This document shows, piece by piece, positions 41,510 through 53,523 of a stretch of 64,000 bases of DNA (its first letter is position 1; each line of letters begins with the position of its first letter). The stretch is from Pristiophorus japonicus (taxonomy: Eukaryota). The notes beneath the pieces are model-generated. The model was not told where the DNA came from. It searched no databases and worked only from the letters and a program-made list of their open reading frames with translations. The position numbers were made by a program, and so were the translations under genes. The stretch lies in the NCBI RefSeq assembly GCF_044704955.1, contig NW_027253959.1:496001-560000 (forward strand). The letters run 5' to 3'.

Positions 41510-42210
41510 GGAATATAAGAATTAGGAGCCACACGGAAGCTGGAGCCTGCTCTGCCATTCAATATGATCATGGCCCATCTTCGACCTCAACTCCACTTTC
41601 CCGTCCGATCCCCATATCCCTTGATTCTTCTGGAGTCCATAAATCTATCGATCTCAGTTTTGAATATAATCAAGGACTCAGCATCCTCAGCCCTCTGGAG
41701 CAGAGAATTGCCAAGATGCACAAACCTCTGAGTGAAGAAATTCGTCCTCATCTCAGCCTGATATGGTTGACACCTTATCTTGAGATTATGCTGCCAAGTT
41801 CCAGAGTCTCCGGTCAGCGGGACAACCTCTCAGCATCTAGCCCGTCAATCCCCCTTAGAATCATATACGTTTCAATGAGATCGCATCTCATTCTTCCAAA
41901 CTCCAAAGGAATTTCTCAGAGCAAACCACAAGAGGGCTAAGAAATCAGGAGGAGTTAATGCAGAAAGGACATAATAACTGTTATCAATTCTGAGGAGGTT
42001 TTCATCGGAAGGTGTGAAGTTATATAAGAACATAATAATTAGGAGCAGGAGTAGGCCACAAGGCCCCTCGAGACTGCTCCGCCATTCAGTACGATCATGG
42101 CTGATCATCTACCTCAACTCAACTTTCTTGCTTTAAGCCCATATCCCTTGATTCACGTAGAGTACAAAAAACTATGTATCTCAGCCTTGAATATATTCAA
42201 TGACTCAGAA
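41510..42210 (-). mobile_element. Two CR1 3' ends inside a local tandem duplication
   Basis: Tails at ~41510 and ~42025, each preceded by the same ~120-bp unique flank. Confidence 0.75.
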
Positions 42211-43574
42211 GGTTTTGTGGATGCTGGTGGCTCAGATAGGTCGCAGGATCTGGGAATCATTCCCAGGTATAACAAGTCATTTGAAATGATCTCCATATTA
42301 CCAATGGGGATGTTCCTTGCCAGTACGAGTATATTGTTGCTGGGCAGATTTGTGTACAAATAGGTTCCATTCACAGGTGGTTGTAGTTGGCTTTCTATCT
42401 CTGCTCAGCGGGCGGGAAACAGCTCGTTGTTTTTCTGCACCGAACCAGCAGATGTTTCCTGCAAGTTACATTGTGAGTTCTCGCCCGTCCCTGATGGTGA
42501 AATTATGGATCTCTGTGACAAAATGTGTGGGAGAGATATGGACTGTGCGTGGGTGGGATCAACTTGGAAGTTAATTCTTCGACTACTGAATCAGTAGGCA
42601 ACATCCATCTAAAATATATTTTTGATGGCATGACCTTAAACACATTATGTTTCCTGTATGACATGTGCAGTACAGAAGACAATATAATTAGAGCAATGCA
42701 AAGCATTTGATGCATCAATTAATGAAGGACAAATCTTCTCTGGATTGTTCTATTACAATCCAGCAGACGTCAATTGATGCCTGTGCTGGTATCACATACA
42801 CAAATAGAGGTACAGATATAAAGATCGCAATAATCCATATCACAATTCCTGGTCCCTTTGATAATTTATACTTGACCCCATGAGCTGCAGTCTGCCGCGT
42901 TACAGTCCCAGTGATGGAGCCTCTGACCGGGAATTCTAGTTACTCAAGTTTTGATCTAATTGTTATTGACAGCCTTTATATTTTTAAATAAAACACGCCC
43001 TGGTACAACTGTGAGAGACATACACTTGGCATCACAACAGCTGGCCATAGCTGGGTTAAGGTCAGCACCGAATCAAACTGCACAATGGCGACACTCAATT
43101 AAAGCATTTATTATAATGATTTTCCTTTCCAGGTGCAAATTAAAAATGTTACCTCAAACCAATAATATCCCAAAGCTACGGATAATCGCTTCACACTGAT
43201 CGACACCGTTTAATCTTTAGTGTTGAGGACATTTCAATGGTTGGTGGGACAGTAATGTAATTTCCATTAGAGAGCGAGGCAGTGTGATTTAATTCTCACC
43301 CAGATAGCTTTGGGCGGACTGTGCGAACTCCTCACAATTATACAGATAGGTGTAGATCTTCACTTTTAAAATTTAGAATTGCTCAGCGTGAAATTAAGTA
43401 ACAGTCTTCACACGGGTGGACTGAGATCCAGTGCCCGATTTGGGTCAGGAACGATTGTATTAAGTGTGGAGCTGTACAGGCGCGATGGATGCTATCTGAT
43501 AAAATGTAATGTTGTTCCCTAACTTAGCTTTCCCTGCTGTATAACCGGGAAGCATATCCATCCCAGAAGCAGTT

Positions 43575-43870
43575 GCCGATCACAAAAATAAAGACTTCCA
43601 TTTATATAGCTGCTTTCTCGAAAACAGGATGCTCTTTCGAGACAATTAACTACGTTTTGGAGTGTTATCGCTGTTGTAATGGAGGGAAACACGGCAGCCA
43701 ATTTGTGCACAGCACGATCCAACTAACAGCAACGTGATACATGACGAAATGATATTTTAGTGAAGTTTGTTGAGGGATAACTATTGAACAAACACAGGGA
43801 AGAACTCCCCTGCTCTTGTTCGAAATAATGCGATGGGATATTTTACATCCACCTGAGAGGAATTGGACAC
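43575..43870 (-). mobile_element. Deu-type SINE fragment ~400 bp upstream of the V leader
   Basis: ggaaacacggcagccaatttgtgcacagcacgatcc is the reverse complement of the SINE core. Confidence 0.7.
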
Positions 43871-44039
43871 GGAGTCAGTGTGGGCTGTTTGTGGGGAATG
43901 TAAATCCTGACACTGATTCAGTGTTCTACTGAAAATCTTTTCGATATTCGGTATATAATGCCCAGCAGTATATCGGCAATCAAAGTCAAGGTAATTTTGG
44001 GTAATGTACAGAAAACACGGATTATTAAAGATGTATTAT

Positions 44040-44271
44040 ATTTTACACAGCTGGACTCAGACAGGAAAATAGGGGAGGAGTCAGTCTGCTGCTGGAGGAG
44101 GCGTGTGACTCCCAGTCCCCATCCCCCTCTCTCTCACACATACACACACACACACACACACAGGGGACCAGACAGTTTAAATAGCGGGACCCAGCTCCAG
44201 GTCCTCAATCAGAAGGCGGTGTTGCGGCGCCGAGACACGCTCCCGAGACAGTCACACCGAGAGACCCGACG
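44040..44271 (+). promoter_or_regulatory. Putative V promoter/5'UTR: TATA-like TTTAAATA (44176-44183) just downstream of a (CT)n(CA)n tract; no canonical ATGCAAAT octamer
   Basis: Lies ~90 bp upstream of the leader ATG; absence of the octamer is typical of shark IgH promoters. Function inferred. Confidence 0.55.
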
Positions 44272-44317
44272 ATGGGACTTGCCCCGTGTCTCTGTTTGTT
44301 TCTGGCCTGCTTCACCT
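44272..44317 (+). CDS. IGHV: IgH leader exon MGLAPCLCLFLACFT
   Basis: ATG at 44272, hydrophobic signal peptide, donor T|gtgagt at 44318, 122-bp intron to V. Confidence 0.93.
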
Positions 44318-44439
44318 GTGAGTATTCCTCGCTGCTTCCGTGACACAATACAAGGCGGCTTCAGATATTGTGTTTTTATTGCTATTCATTGATGTGAATG
44401 TTCTCGAAAGTAATTACAATTTATTTCATTCACTGACAG

Positions 44440-44742
44440 ATGTCCAGTCCGAAATCGTGCTGACCCAGTCGGCTTCTGTGTCGATGAAGCCCGGAGAATC
44501 TCACAAACTGTCCTGTTCAGTGAGCGGGTTCAGTTTGGACAGCTACGGCATGCACTGGGTTAAACAAGTTCCCGGGAAGGGGCTGGAGTGGCTGCTTGCT
44601 TATTATAAAGCATACAGTAGCACATATTACGCGCCTGGAGTAGAAGGTCGGATCATCCATTCAAGTACATCTTCCACAACCTACATCGAGATCAAGAATC
44701 TGAGAACCGAAGACACCGCCATGTATTACTGTGCAAAAGACC
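44440..44742 (+). CDS. IGHV: VH exon (leader end YVQS + EIVLTQSASVSMKPGESHKLSC...WVKQVPGKGLEWLL...EDTAMYYCAKD); IgW-like V
   Basis: Acceptor cactgacag|44440; canonical Cys, Trp and YYC; open frame; followed directly by an RSS. Confidence 0.97.
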
Positions 44743-44781
44743 CACAGCGACCCGAACCCGTTTTGGGCTCGTACAGAAACA
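44743..44781 (+). promoter_or_regulatory. V 23-RSS: CACAGCG-23 bp-ACAGAAACA
   Basis: Heptamer 44743-44749, 23-nt spacer, nonamer 44773-44781. Confidence 0.93.
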
Positions 44782-45131
44782 GATCGAGAGCAATTGCAGC
44801 AACTTCCATCCAATTCTAGGTCAGTAACGGTGTAAAGTATATCAAGAGATGTGTTTAACCTAGATTGCAAGAATGTATTTGCTACAGCAATAAACTGTTT
44901 AAGAATAAAATGCACATTAACTAACTTTGTATAGATGAAGTTGGTTTATCGTTACTGTGTCCAGGATTAACAACGAGGAGTCAATGAAAGCTTTAATATT
45001 GTAACTATGGGTAGGATTGTGGTCCATTTATGCGCTCTCAGAAAGAATCATCATTATACAATCAAAATCTGATAAATCTTTCTGTTGATTGAGCAATTTA
45101 TTTCTGCCAGCGTTAATCAGAGAATGAGTAG

Positions 45132-45159
45132 AGTATTTGTGCGGGTCCCGGCCACTGTG
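45132..45159 (-). promoter_or_regulatory. D1 5' 12-RSS (+ strand AGTATTTGT-12-CACTGTG)
   Basis: Perfect heptamer 45153-45159, 12-nt spacer, nonamer-like 45132-45140. Confidence 0.9.
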
Positions 45160-45174
45160 GTACTACAGCGGGGT
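45160..45174 (+). other. DH segment D1 GTACTACAGCGGGGT
   Basis: 15 nt between two heptamers; all three frames open (VLQRG / YYSG / TTAG); resembles shark IgM D1. Confidence 0.92.
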
Positions 45175-45212
45175 CACGGTGCTGTACACGGCGAGCGCCT
45201 CGTACAAAAACC
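45175..45212 (+). promoter_or_regulatory. D1 3' RSS with 22-bp spacer: CACGGTG-22-ACAAAAACC
   Basis: Heptamer 45175-45181, consensus nonamer 45204-45212; 12/22 D1 flanks are known for shark IgH clusters. Confidence 0.9.
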
Positions 45213-45432
45213 CCCCACACGGAGTTTGCACACGCCTGCAATCATTGCCACCACAGGAGATTCGAAGCAAACGAGGCTTGAAAACAAGCAATGGGTCGAA
45301 GTAAAATAGATTAGTAAAATGACCAGCACAACTTGAAATATCTGGCTGCTGCACTCTTATGGGAGTCGGAATGAAGTTTTTTAGAGCACTGTGCAATTTA
45401 GTCTCTGTATTTTACAGTTAACTGTCAGCTGA

Positions 45433-45460
45433 AGTATTTGGCACGGCGTGTCTCACTGTG
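45433..45460 (-). promoter_or_regulatory. D2 5' 12-RSS (+ strand AGTATTTGG-12-CACTGTG)
   Basis: Heptamer 45454-45460, 12-nt spacer. Confidence 0.88.
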
Positions 45461-45473
45461 GTACATTGGGTGG
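45461..45473 (+). other. DH segment D2 GTACATTGGGTGG
   Basis: 13 nt between heptamers, 12/12 flanks; frames VHWV / YIGW / TLG open. Confidence 0.9.
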
Positions 45474-45501
45474 CACAGCAATTACTGTCAATACAAAAAC
45501 C
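45474..45501 (+). promoter_or_regulatory. D2 3' 12-RSS: CACAGCA-12-ACAAAAACC
   Basis: Heptamer 45474-45480, consensus nonamer 45493-45501. Confidence 0.9.
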
Positions 45502-45825
45502 CCTCAGCACTAATTGAGTAAGTCTGGGTCAGTGCTCGCTTTCTCAATCCACTGTATCTGCAGTGAAGTCCTATTTATGTCCAGCTCTGTCCTACAAGCA
45601 CAGTTTAATATGGATAAACTGATCATTATTCATTGATCAGTTTGTAATTTCATGAACTGTTCACGGGTTGCTCTGTGAAATATATAACACCAGTGCATTT
45701 ATAAAGAGGGAAAAATATCCATTAATACATTTATCATTTTATGAAGATCCATTGTGGTTTTACTTTGCCTCTGGGATGTGAATATTTAAACTAATGTTGG
45801 ATTGCTGTCTGTTTTACGCAGTGCC

Positions 45826-45864
45826 GGTTATTGTGTGACCCAGCCCCGGGAATGTAACACTGTG
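45826..45864 (-). promoter_or_regulatory. J 23-RSS (+ strand GGTTATTGT-23-CACTGTG)
   Basis: Nonamer 45826-45834, 23-nt spacer, heptamer 45858-45864. Confidence 0.93.
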
Positions 45865-45912
45865 ACGGCATGGACTACTGGGGACAAGGCACCATGGTGA
45901 CAGTGACAGCAG
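45865..45912 (+). CDS. IGHJ: JH segment GMDYWGQGTMVTVTA
   Basis: WGxG motif; donor G|gtaaga at 45913; IgM-type J. Confidence 0.96.
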
Positions 45913-48900
45913 GTAAGAAACATTCACTCTTCAGCAACTGTGGAATTTGTGTCTTTATTGTATATTTCTGTGTATTTCAATATTTCACTGATTCGCTGGG
46001 TTCTGTACTGAGATTTGTTGCTATGTTTCATTTGATTCTGCTGCAATGCTTTTATGGACAGAAACTGCTTCTCCACAGAACATGTTGTTGAGGGATTGAT
46101 CCCCAGATTGGTGTGATTTGGTGTTTATCTGCTGATGGGACTCTGTGCCTGGGTTAGTTCAAACACCCAATGGTTGTTAAATCCTTTGGTGTTTCTGCAA
46201 TGCTTAGTCTCTGCAACATCTAATTGCTGCATGTTTTCTGATCAAATGCAAATATTATATTTAAATGTGTTTGAAAGATGATTTTAGGCAGAAACATAAT
46301 GCTTTAGATGTTATAAGTAAATGTAAGATATTGTATTGTGTTTTATTTTTTGATAATTGCAATGTCATTTACTGATCAAAAGTTGACGAATGCTCATATA
46401 TGTGAAATGTTACTGTAATGAAGAACTATATAATTAATATATTTGTGATATGAATCAGATTGAACTTAATACAAATTAATAGAAATAGCGCGCAAAAGCA
46501 CAACAATATCCTATATCAATATTAATTGATTAATATGATCCATCTAATCACAATTCTGCTCCCATTATTTTATATTTCTACTTATTTCAATAATTAATTC
46601 GTTCAGTGATAGACGGGCTCGCTGGATACTGCATTGACATTTTTTGGCAATGTTACATTTGATTCCGCTGAAACCGTTTATGGAATTAAGCTGCTTCTCC
46701 ACAAAACATTCTGTTGTTGTACTCAGCCGCTCAGTGCTGTGGTTTGCTATTTAGCTGCTGAGCAGAGAGTGTGTCTGGGTTACTTTGAATAACAAAACTT
46801 TTGTGAAACTGTTTGGCTTTTGTGCGATGTTTATCTCAATGACATCAAACTGCTTATGATCCGTTTAAAACTGTTTCAAAGATAATTGTAGGCAGACAAA
46901 AAGTAGGATTTATAAATCAAAAATCATTACTAAATAATGTTCTCCATCTTATTATTTAAGTGAGAATTACAGGTTCAACGATTAACCTATTCTCTATGGT
47001 GCACACATTTAATCCATGAAATGTTGCTGTAATTTCGAATTATACGATTACAAATTTGCAGGTTGAAGGGCAGTTAAATAAATATAACTCAAACAATTAT
47101 AATGCAGTAATATTGCCCAATATCACTAAATATGCGATGCAATTAATATTCTTGTATTTACCATTATTCGCATCCCACGATTCTGCTGCGCACTGGTCCC
47201 AATTAATGTGAGCAGACAATTTTAGAGGCTGGCGACAATTTCTGATTAGGTCTGAAATGATTTTAATAACAGCATACTGATTCCACCGCAGTTCAAGGAG
47301 GGTCTGTAGTTAATTATCTCCCTGTTTTACACAGATCCACAACAGATTGTATTCAATTATCAATTAAATGCGCGTTGTAAATTACAGTTTGTAAATGTCA
47401 TAAATATGACGGGTTATTAAATTCTAAAATTATGTAATTTCTTCAATTAAATTTTTTGTTTCATAGCGAGACAATTATCACTTAACTAATCTGCACCGTT
47501 TGTAAGATGATAGCCTGAGCGTTAGGCGTCGCTGGCAGTCAGAGCATTGTTCATATGATTCTATTTAAATTCAAGGAAAGTTCAGACTGACAGACACACA
47601 ACCCATTCAAAGTCAAGCTGATTAATTTAATTACCATAAGGTCAATGTTATTTTTGAATTGAATAACAACATCCAGCCTCCCATAGCTGTGCTGCATATG
47701 GGGTAGAATTATAGAGAGTGAACACATTACATTTAAGAGTTATGTTTAACTGTGGTTCACGTTAAATTGATCATCAAAATCTCTCCTCCATTTGCTCATG
47801 AAATGTCAGTGTCGCAGATGGCCTGAATGAATGCTTCCCCGCCAATATTACGTTGATCATTCTGGAAAGTAGTTTCAATAAATAGCTTAATAATTAATTT
47901 ACGGGCATTGTGTGAATTACAGGAGTAAAATATAAAAAAGATTCTCTATGTTATTAAATAGCGGAGTCTATGTTAACGACTGCACACTGGTCTGTTGCCT
48001 GTTACTTCATAAAATATATTTTACAGTTAAGAATGAGGATAATGTTTAAACTGGAGTGCCCTGATTTAGAAAACATACAACGTTACAGCCCATCGATAGT
48101 TAGTGAGAAGTCACAACGGCCAGACGTTGAACTATTTAAAATAGTCCACTCCTAAATCCATCATATGAAATCCACTCTGAGAAAAGAGGGAGTTTATGTT
48201 GTATCAGAGAGTTTAGAAACATGCAGAGTTTACATGTGTCGCTAGAGAGCGGGAATATATTGGAAGCTCCTGATCATTTTAACTTATTCAAATGTGATTT
48301 GAATCAATAAACATACTATATTAGTCTGAATGTCTTCATCTTTTAATATGATTCTTAATATGTTAAAATTGATAAGTGCCATATTAACTTAACTGAAACC
48401 CTAATATGACACACGTTACGAAGCAGGAACAGGATTAATATGAATATTAACTAATTTTATTATAATGCAGTATTAGATCAACAAACACCAATATTACTTT
48501 AGAGTATAATATCAGTGTGAACTCATTAACCATTAATGACCTCCCACAATTGCGTTGTATACTGGAGAGGATTACAGTTACTGCAACATCTGTAGGGTTG
48601 GCGAGAATTTTAAATTAAGTCTAAGATTAACTTAGTAAACAAGACTTGTCTTACTCAGTTTTGTTCAGATGTATAAGGTGTCGCCGCAGATTTTAATGAA
48701 TTAACTTCGTGTTTTGCCTCGATGATTTTACAGGTTATATTTAATTATGAAATTATATTGAACCAGTGGCTAATCGGTTTTCAATGTAACTGTTTCCTGG
48801 TTTGTTAAATTCCTACTCTGAAAGGGAGTCCCGATAAAATGCAGCAAATTACCATGGAATGTAGATTATTTCGATATAATTGTTTTCAGGATTTGTACGA

Positions 48901-49349
48901 TTGTAGAGATGGAGGGAAACATGATTGGAAGTCGAAGAAAGTTTTCCAAATTAATATCAGTTTAATTTTTTAAAAAACGTGCACTTTTGAGATGATCGGA
49001 AATTGACAGGAGATCAATTGTAAATCAGCTTTAATGAAACTGACAGATGGCACCGATCTATCTGCTGAGAGCAAGATTGTGCCTGTTCTCTTTCTGTGCG
49101 CCTGCTCACTGTGTGAGAATCAGGAGCCCTCCTGATTGGCTGTAAACCTTCCGGTTTGTCCTCTTGTATTTCGTTGAGTACCATTCGACTCATTTATTTG
49201 AGAAGCTTGTATCTCTGAAAAATGTGACAGTTTCAGGTTAAGTTTGAGGAGGCACCTCACAAATGGGACCAATAACGCAATTTTTGGCATTCAGAAGCAG
49301 AAGTTCAAAAACACTTCTGTTAAACTGTTGAAGGTGCTTTAATCAGTTT

Positions 49350-50080
49350 CTAACCCATGCTATACCTGTCCCGGGAGTACTGATGGGACAGTGTAGAGAG
49401 AGCTATACTCTGTATTTAACCCCTGCTGTACCTGCTCCGGTACTGTTTGGTGCGACAGTGTAGAGGGAGCTTTACTCTGTATCTACCCGGAGAGACCTGC
49501 CCTCGGAGTGTTTGATGGGACAGTGTAGAGAGAGATTTACTCTGTATTTAACGCATGCTGTACCTGCCGTCGGAGTGTTTGATGAGACAGTGCAGAGGGA
49601 GCTGTACTCAGTATCTATCCCATGCTGTACCTGCCCTGGGAGCGTTTGATGCGGCAGTGTAGAGGGAGACTTACTCTGTATCTCACCATTGCTGTATCTG
49701 CCCTGGGACACTGGGAGTTTTGGATGGGATCGTGCAAAGGGAGAATGTATTCTTTATCTAACCCGTGTTGTAGCTGCCCTGGGTCAGTCTGATTGTGCAA
49801 TGTATAAGGAGCTTAACTCTGTATGTAACCCGTGCTGTAACTGTCCCGTGACTCTTTGATAGGACAGTGTAGAGGCAACATTTACTCTTTATCTAACTCG
49901 TGTTCTGTCTGACGTGGTAGTGTTTGGTGGGACAGAGTAGATGGAGCTCTGCTCTCTATTTAACTAGTGCGCTACCTTATCTGGACTGTTTGACAGTGCA
50001 GTATTGGCATGGCTTTTCTCGAAATCAATCCCTTGATACAGCTGAGCATAGAGTGCAGAGGGAGCTTTACTCTATATTAT
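49350..50080 (+). repeat. ~67-bp satellite in the J-C intron (degenerate copies also at ~1380-1650, 15590-15850, 25450-25900)
   Basis: ctgtacctgccctgggagtgtttgatgggacagtgtagagggagctttactctgtatctaacccgtg monomers. Confidence 0.9.
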
Positions 50081-50759
50081 TTTTAATATAACAGACCTGA
50101 AAATGCTTTATCCAGGGGCATTCAAGCAGCCTTAATTTGTATCCAACTAATAAAGTTCGAGTTAGCAAGGCAGATATGTTCAAATAAATATTTCCATTGC
50201 TCCAATGAAACAACAATGCCTTAATTGAGTTTAACCTTATTGCAAAATAACTGCTTCATTTTTGATTAATTGATAAACGTTAAACATTTTGAGTATCAGA
50301 TAATGATTGAATGAGATTGGTCTGATCTTGAGTTCAATTTCAGAACAAACAGTTTCTGGAAAAGATTGAAATGGTCCAAAAAGCAGCGCCTGTTCTGATC
50401 TGATGGTAGGCTGGTAGTTAATTTGACAATTTAACTGGTGAATGTCGAAATCCTGCTTCAAATAACCATCATGGGAACGTTATGTTTGAAATCAGCATTT
50501 CGTTCAATTGTTTTTTTTTAATGCACCAGGTAGGGACAGACGCAGGTCAGATGCAGATGTTGGACTGGGTCACAACACAAGGCACACAGCAACTGAACTG
50601 CATTTCTGTGAAGCATTTAAAGAAATACATTCAGCCTGCGATGAATTGCCATTCACAATAATCTTTCAGACTCTAACGGTATCCAATTGAATCGTTTGAG
50701 CCAAATTTCTCAGTCCCTTTATTTTAACTGTCCCATTTCACTATAACAGAAAATAAACA

Positions 50760-53050
50760 TAGATCTGATAGAGGTGTTCAACATGATGAAGCTTTTCTAG
50801 AACTTAACCCTCTCTTTTAAATAAAAATCCCCTCATTTTCCCTCTAGTTCTTTTGCCAATTATTTTAAATCTGTGACCTTTGATTAACGACGTACTCATC
50901 AGTGGAAATCGTTTCTCCTGACTTGCTTTGACAAAACCTCTCTCAATTTAAATACCTCTATTCGGCCTCCAATTAATTTTCACTGCTTTAATACACAACC
51001 CCAGCTTTTCTAATCTTTCCACCTAACTGAAGTCTCTGGTCCTTGGTATCATTCTGGGGCCTTGTCATCCTTTCTAAATTGTGGAGGTCAGAATTGTATA
51101 CACTACTGCATCCGATGTCTAACCAGTGATTTGTAAAGGTTTAACATGACACCCGTGATTCTCTATTCAAGGCCCCTTTTACAATGGCAATAACGCATAC
51201 AATTTAGTAAACTTCTTATCAACTTGCCCGGTCACCTTCAAAGAGATGTGAATATGTACTCCCAGGACCCTCTGCTCTGGCACCTCCCTCAAATTAATGC
51301 CTGTTAGATTATATTGCCTCTACATGTTGTTCCTCCAAAATGCATTAAATTGTATCTGTCATGTGCCTGCCCATTTCACCAATCTGTCGATGCACTCCTG
51401 AAGTCCGCTGCTATCCTGCTCACACATTGCCACGTTGCCAGGTTTGCCTCATCCGTGAACTTGTAAACTGTATTCCCGATAACAAGTCCAGGTAATTTAT
51501 ATATATAAGAGGAAAAGCAATGTTCTTCATACCGATCAATGGGCGACCCCACTACTCTTCTGTCAGAAAAAAACATCTGTTCACCACTGCTCGCTGCCTC
51601 CTCTCCCGCAGCCAATTAAATACCCAAGTTACCTCCATCCCTTTAATCACATGTGCTTCAATTTTCCCAATAATTATTTTATGAGATACTTTATAAAATG
51701 CCATTTGAACATATATATATAACACATCCATTGCAACAGCATCATCGACTCTCTCTGTAACTTTATGGTGTAGACCGAGATTTCATTATCTGACCAATAA
51801 ACCACAGGTGTTTCAGTAATCCGCACAAACCAGAATCGAGAGATACCCATATTAGCAGTAACCAGGTTCTTTATCCTTCCTAGCATAGACCCGGCTGATA
51901 ACCAATCGATTTATAATGTTTAAGTTTTGCCAATATTAGGTATTTAGAGAAGAAAACCTGTCCTGATGTTTAAATTATGTTCGGTTCGAACAACAACAAG
52001 AAGTGATTGCAACGTCCCAGAAAGCAGTGCATGTTCTCACTGGCGGGAGGCTGGACAATAATTTGTATAATTAAATGGAGCTTTTAAAGAGCATCGTTCC
52101 ATATAACCGGCTTTGGGAACCGTACATCATTCGGATTATTTCATGGAGTGATTGGGAAGAGGAAGGTCAGGAGACATCCAATCAGTAACAGGGGACAGAT
52201 CACAACTCATACTGCATCGCTCTTCCTCCAATTCTGAGCAGGAAAGAGATAGGCCCGAATCAATCCCGATTGAGATCAAACTTGAATCCTAGATATCAGG
52301 CTGTGCAAAAGTTCCAGGTTCAAATCTGAGCGCTGAATTAATCAATTCGCAATTTAAAGGAGACTTCAACCGTTTATTGGAAAGTCCTATATTTTCCTGG
52401 GAACAAAGAAGATTTAGATGAGGTCTGATAGAGGGGTTTTGGAACTATGAAGGGTTTTATGAAGGGATTCGGGAAAAATATTTCCCCAGGTCGGTGAGTT
52501 GGTGAGTAAATGGCACTGATTGAATATCAGCAGCAAAGGAATGAAGGGAGAGGGTATTATTGTACTATTCTACACAGGTGCTGTTGGGACATGAGTTGTC
52601 CTATCAGAAAGAGGGCTGCATGCAGAATCCATAACAGCTTAATAAAATTGAACGTTTGAGAAGAAGATTGGGAATTGGAAGGTGAACGGGATTGGTGGAG
52701 AGATCGTTCAGAGGCGTGATGGGCCGAATAGCCTCCTTCCGTGCTTTAAAGTTGTATTATTTTATCAGTCTCGCTCATGTTTATAAACATGCCGGGATTT
52801 AAAAAAAGTTAATACAACTAGTAGATCTTGCTGTGGAAGTTGTGTGATTAGGATAATTCACCCCACCGCTATTCAACCAAGTGTATCCCCTGAAAACAAT
52901 ACTTGTATTTATATAACGCGTTTAATGTAGTGAAACGTCGCAAGACGATTCATACGAGCTGAAGGAGGTAAAATTTGATATCAGGCCACATAAGCAGTTT
53001 TCTTTAGTATGGTCAGCAGTGATTCTGGCAATTGACCAAAATCTTGGTCC
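50760..53050. mobile_element. Old CR1 and SINE fragments in the 3' half of the J-C intron
   Basis: Minus-strand CR1 RT remnant ~50800-51730 (KFTDEANL); + strand 3' end ~52370-52760; SINE tail ~52900-53000. Confidence 0.65.
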
Positions 53051-53523
53051 AATAGGTTAGTTTAAACAGCAACTTAAAATGGAGAGTTGACTTCACTTTA
53101 ATATCATGGAATGGCCTGACTCCGTGCTGCTAATAAGATTATTAGAGCAAAAGGATGCAGGGAGGAACTCAGAATATATAATGTGAAATAATTTACTGTG
53201 AAAGTGATTGGAGATTGAGGGGAGAGTTCCATAATAGCAGGAAGAAATCCACGATACAATATCCCAGCATTCACTCCGTAAAAAGGGGCCTGCTGGACAG
53301 AATGCCCCTTTAAGTCTCGTGACTATCCTTATGTACAAGACTGGAGTTTCGCGGAGGCGTTTCACGTCGGGTCTCATAACTCCTTGTAATTCAAATGTTG
53401 ACGTCGGATTTGATCGGTAAATGATGGATTTAGTTCACCCCGTCCTGAAATTTTTAGTTGTTTGGTTATTTTATAAGCACTGATTACAGAGTCTAACTTG
53501 TCCAATTGGCCAATCTTTCCCAG

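Noticed and set aside
42153-42720. Possible Penelope RT (LYTNLP) or exon remnant upstream of V
   Set aside because: Single short motif with stops nearby and no supporting RT motifs; cannot be assigned.
45913-53523. Mammalian-type class-switch region
   Set aside because: No AGCT/GGGCT-rich tandem array seen; the only tandem repeat is a satellite also found elsewhere in the window.
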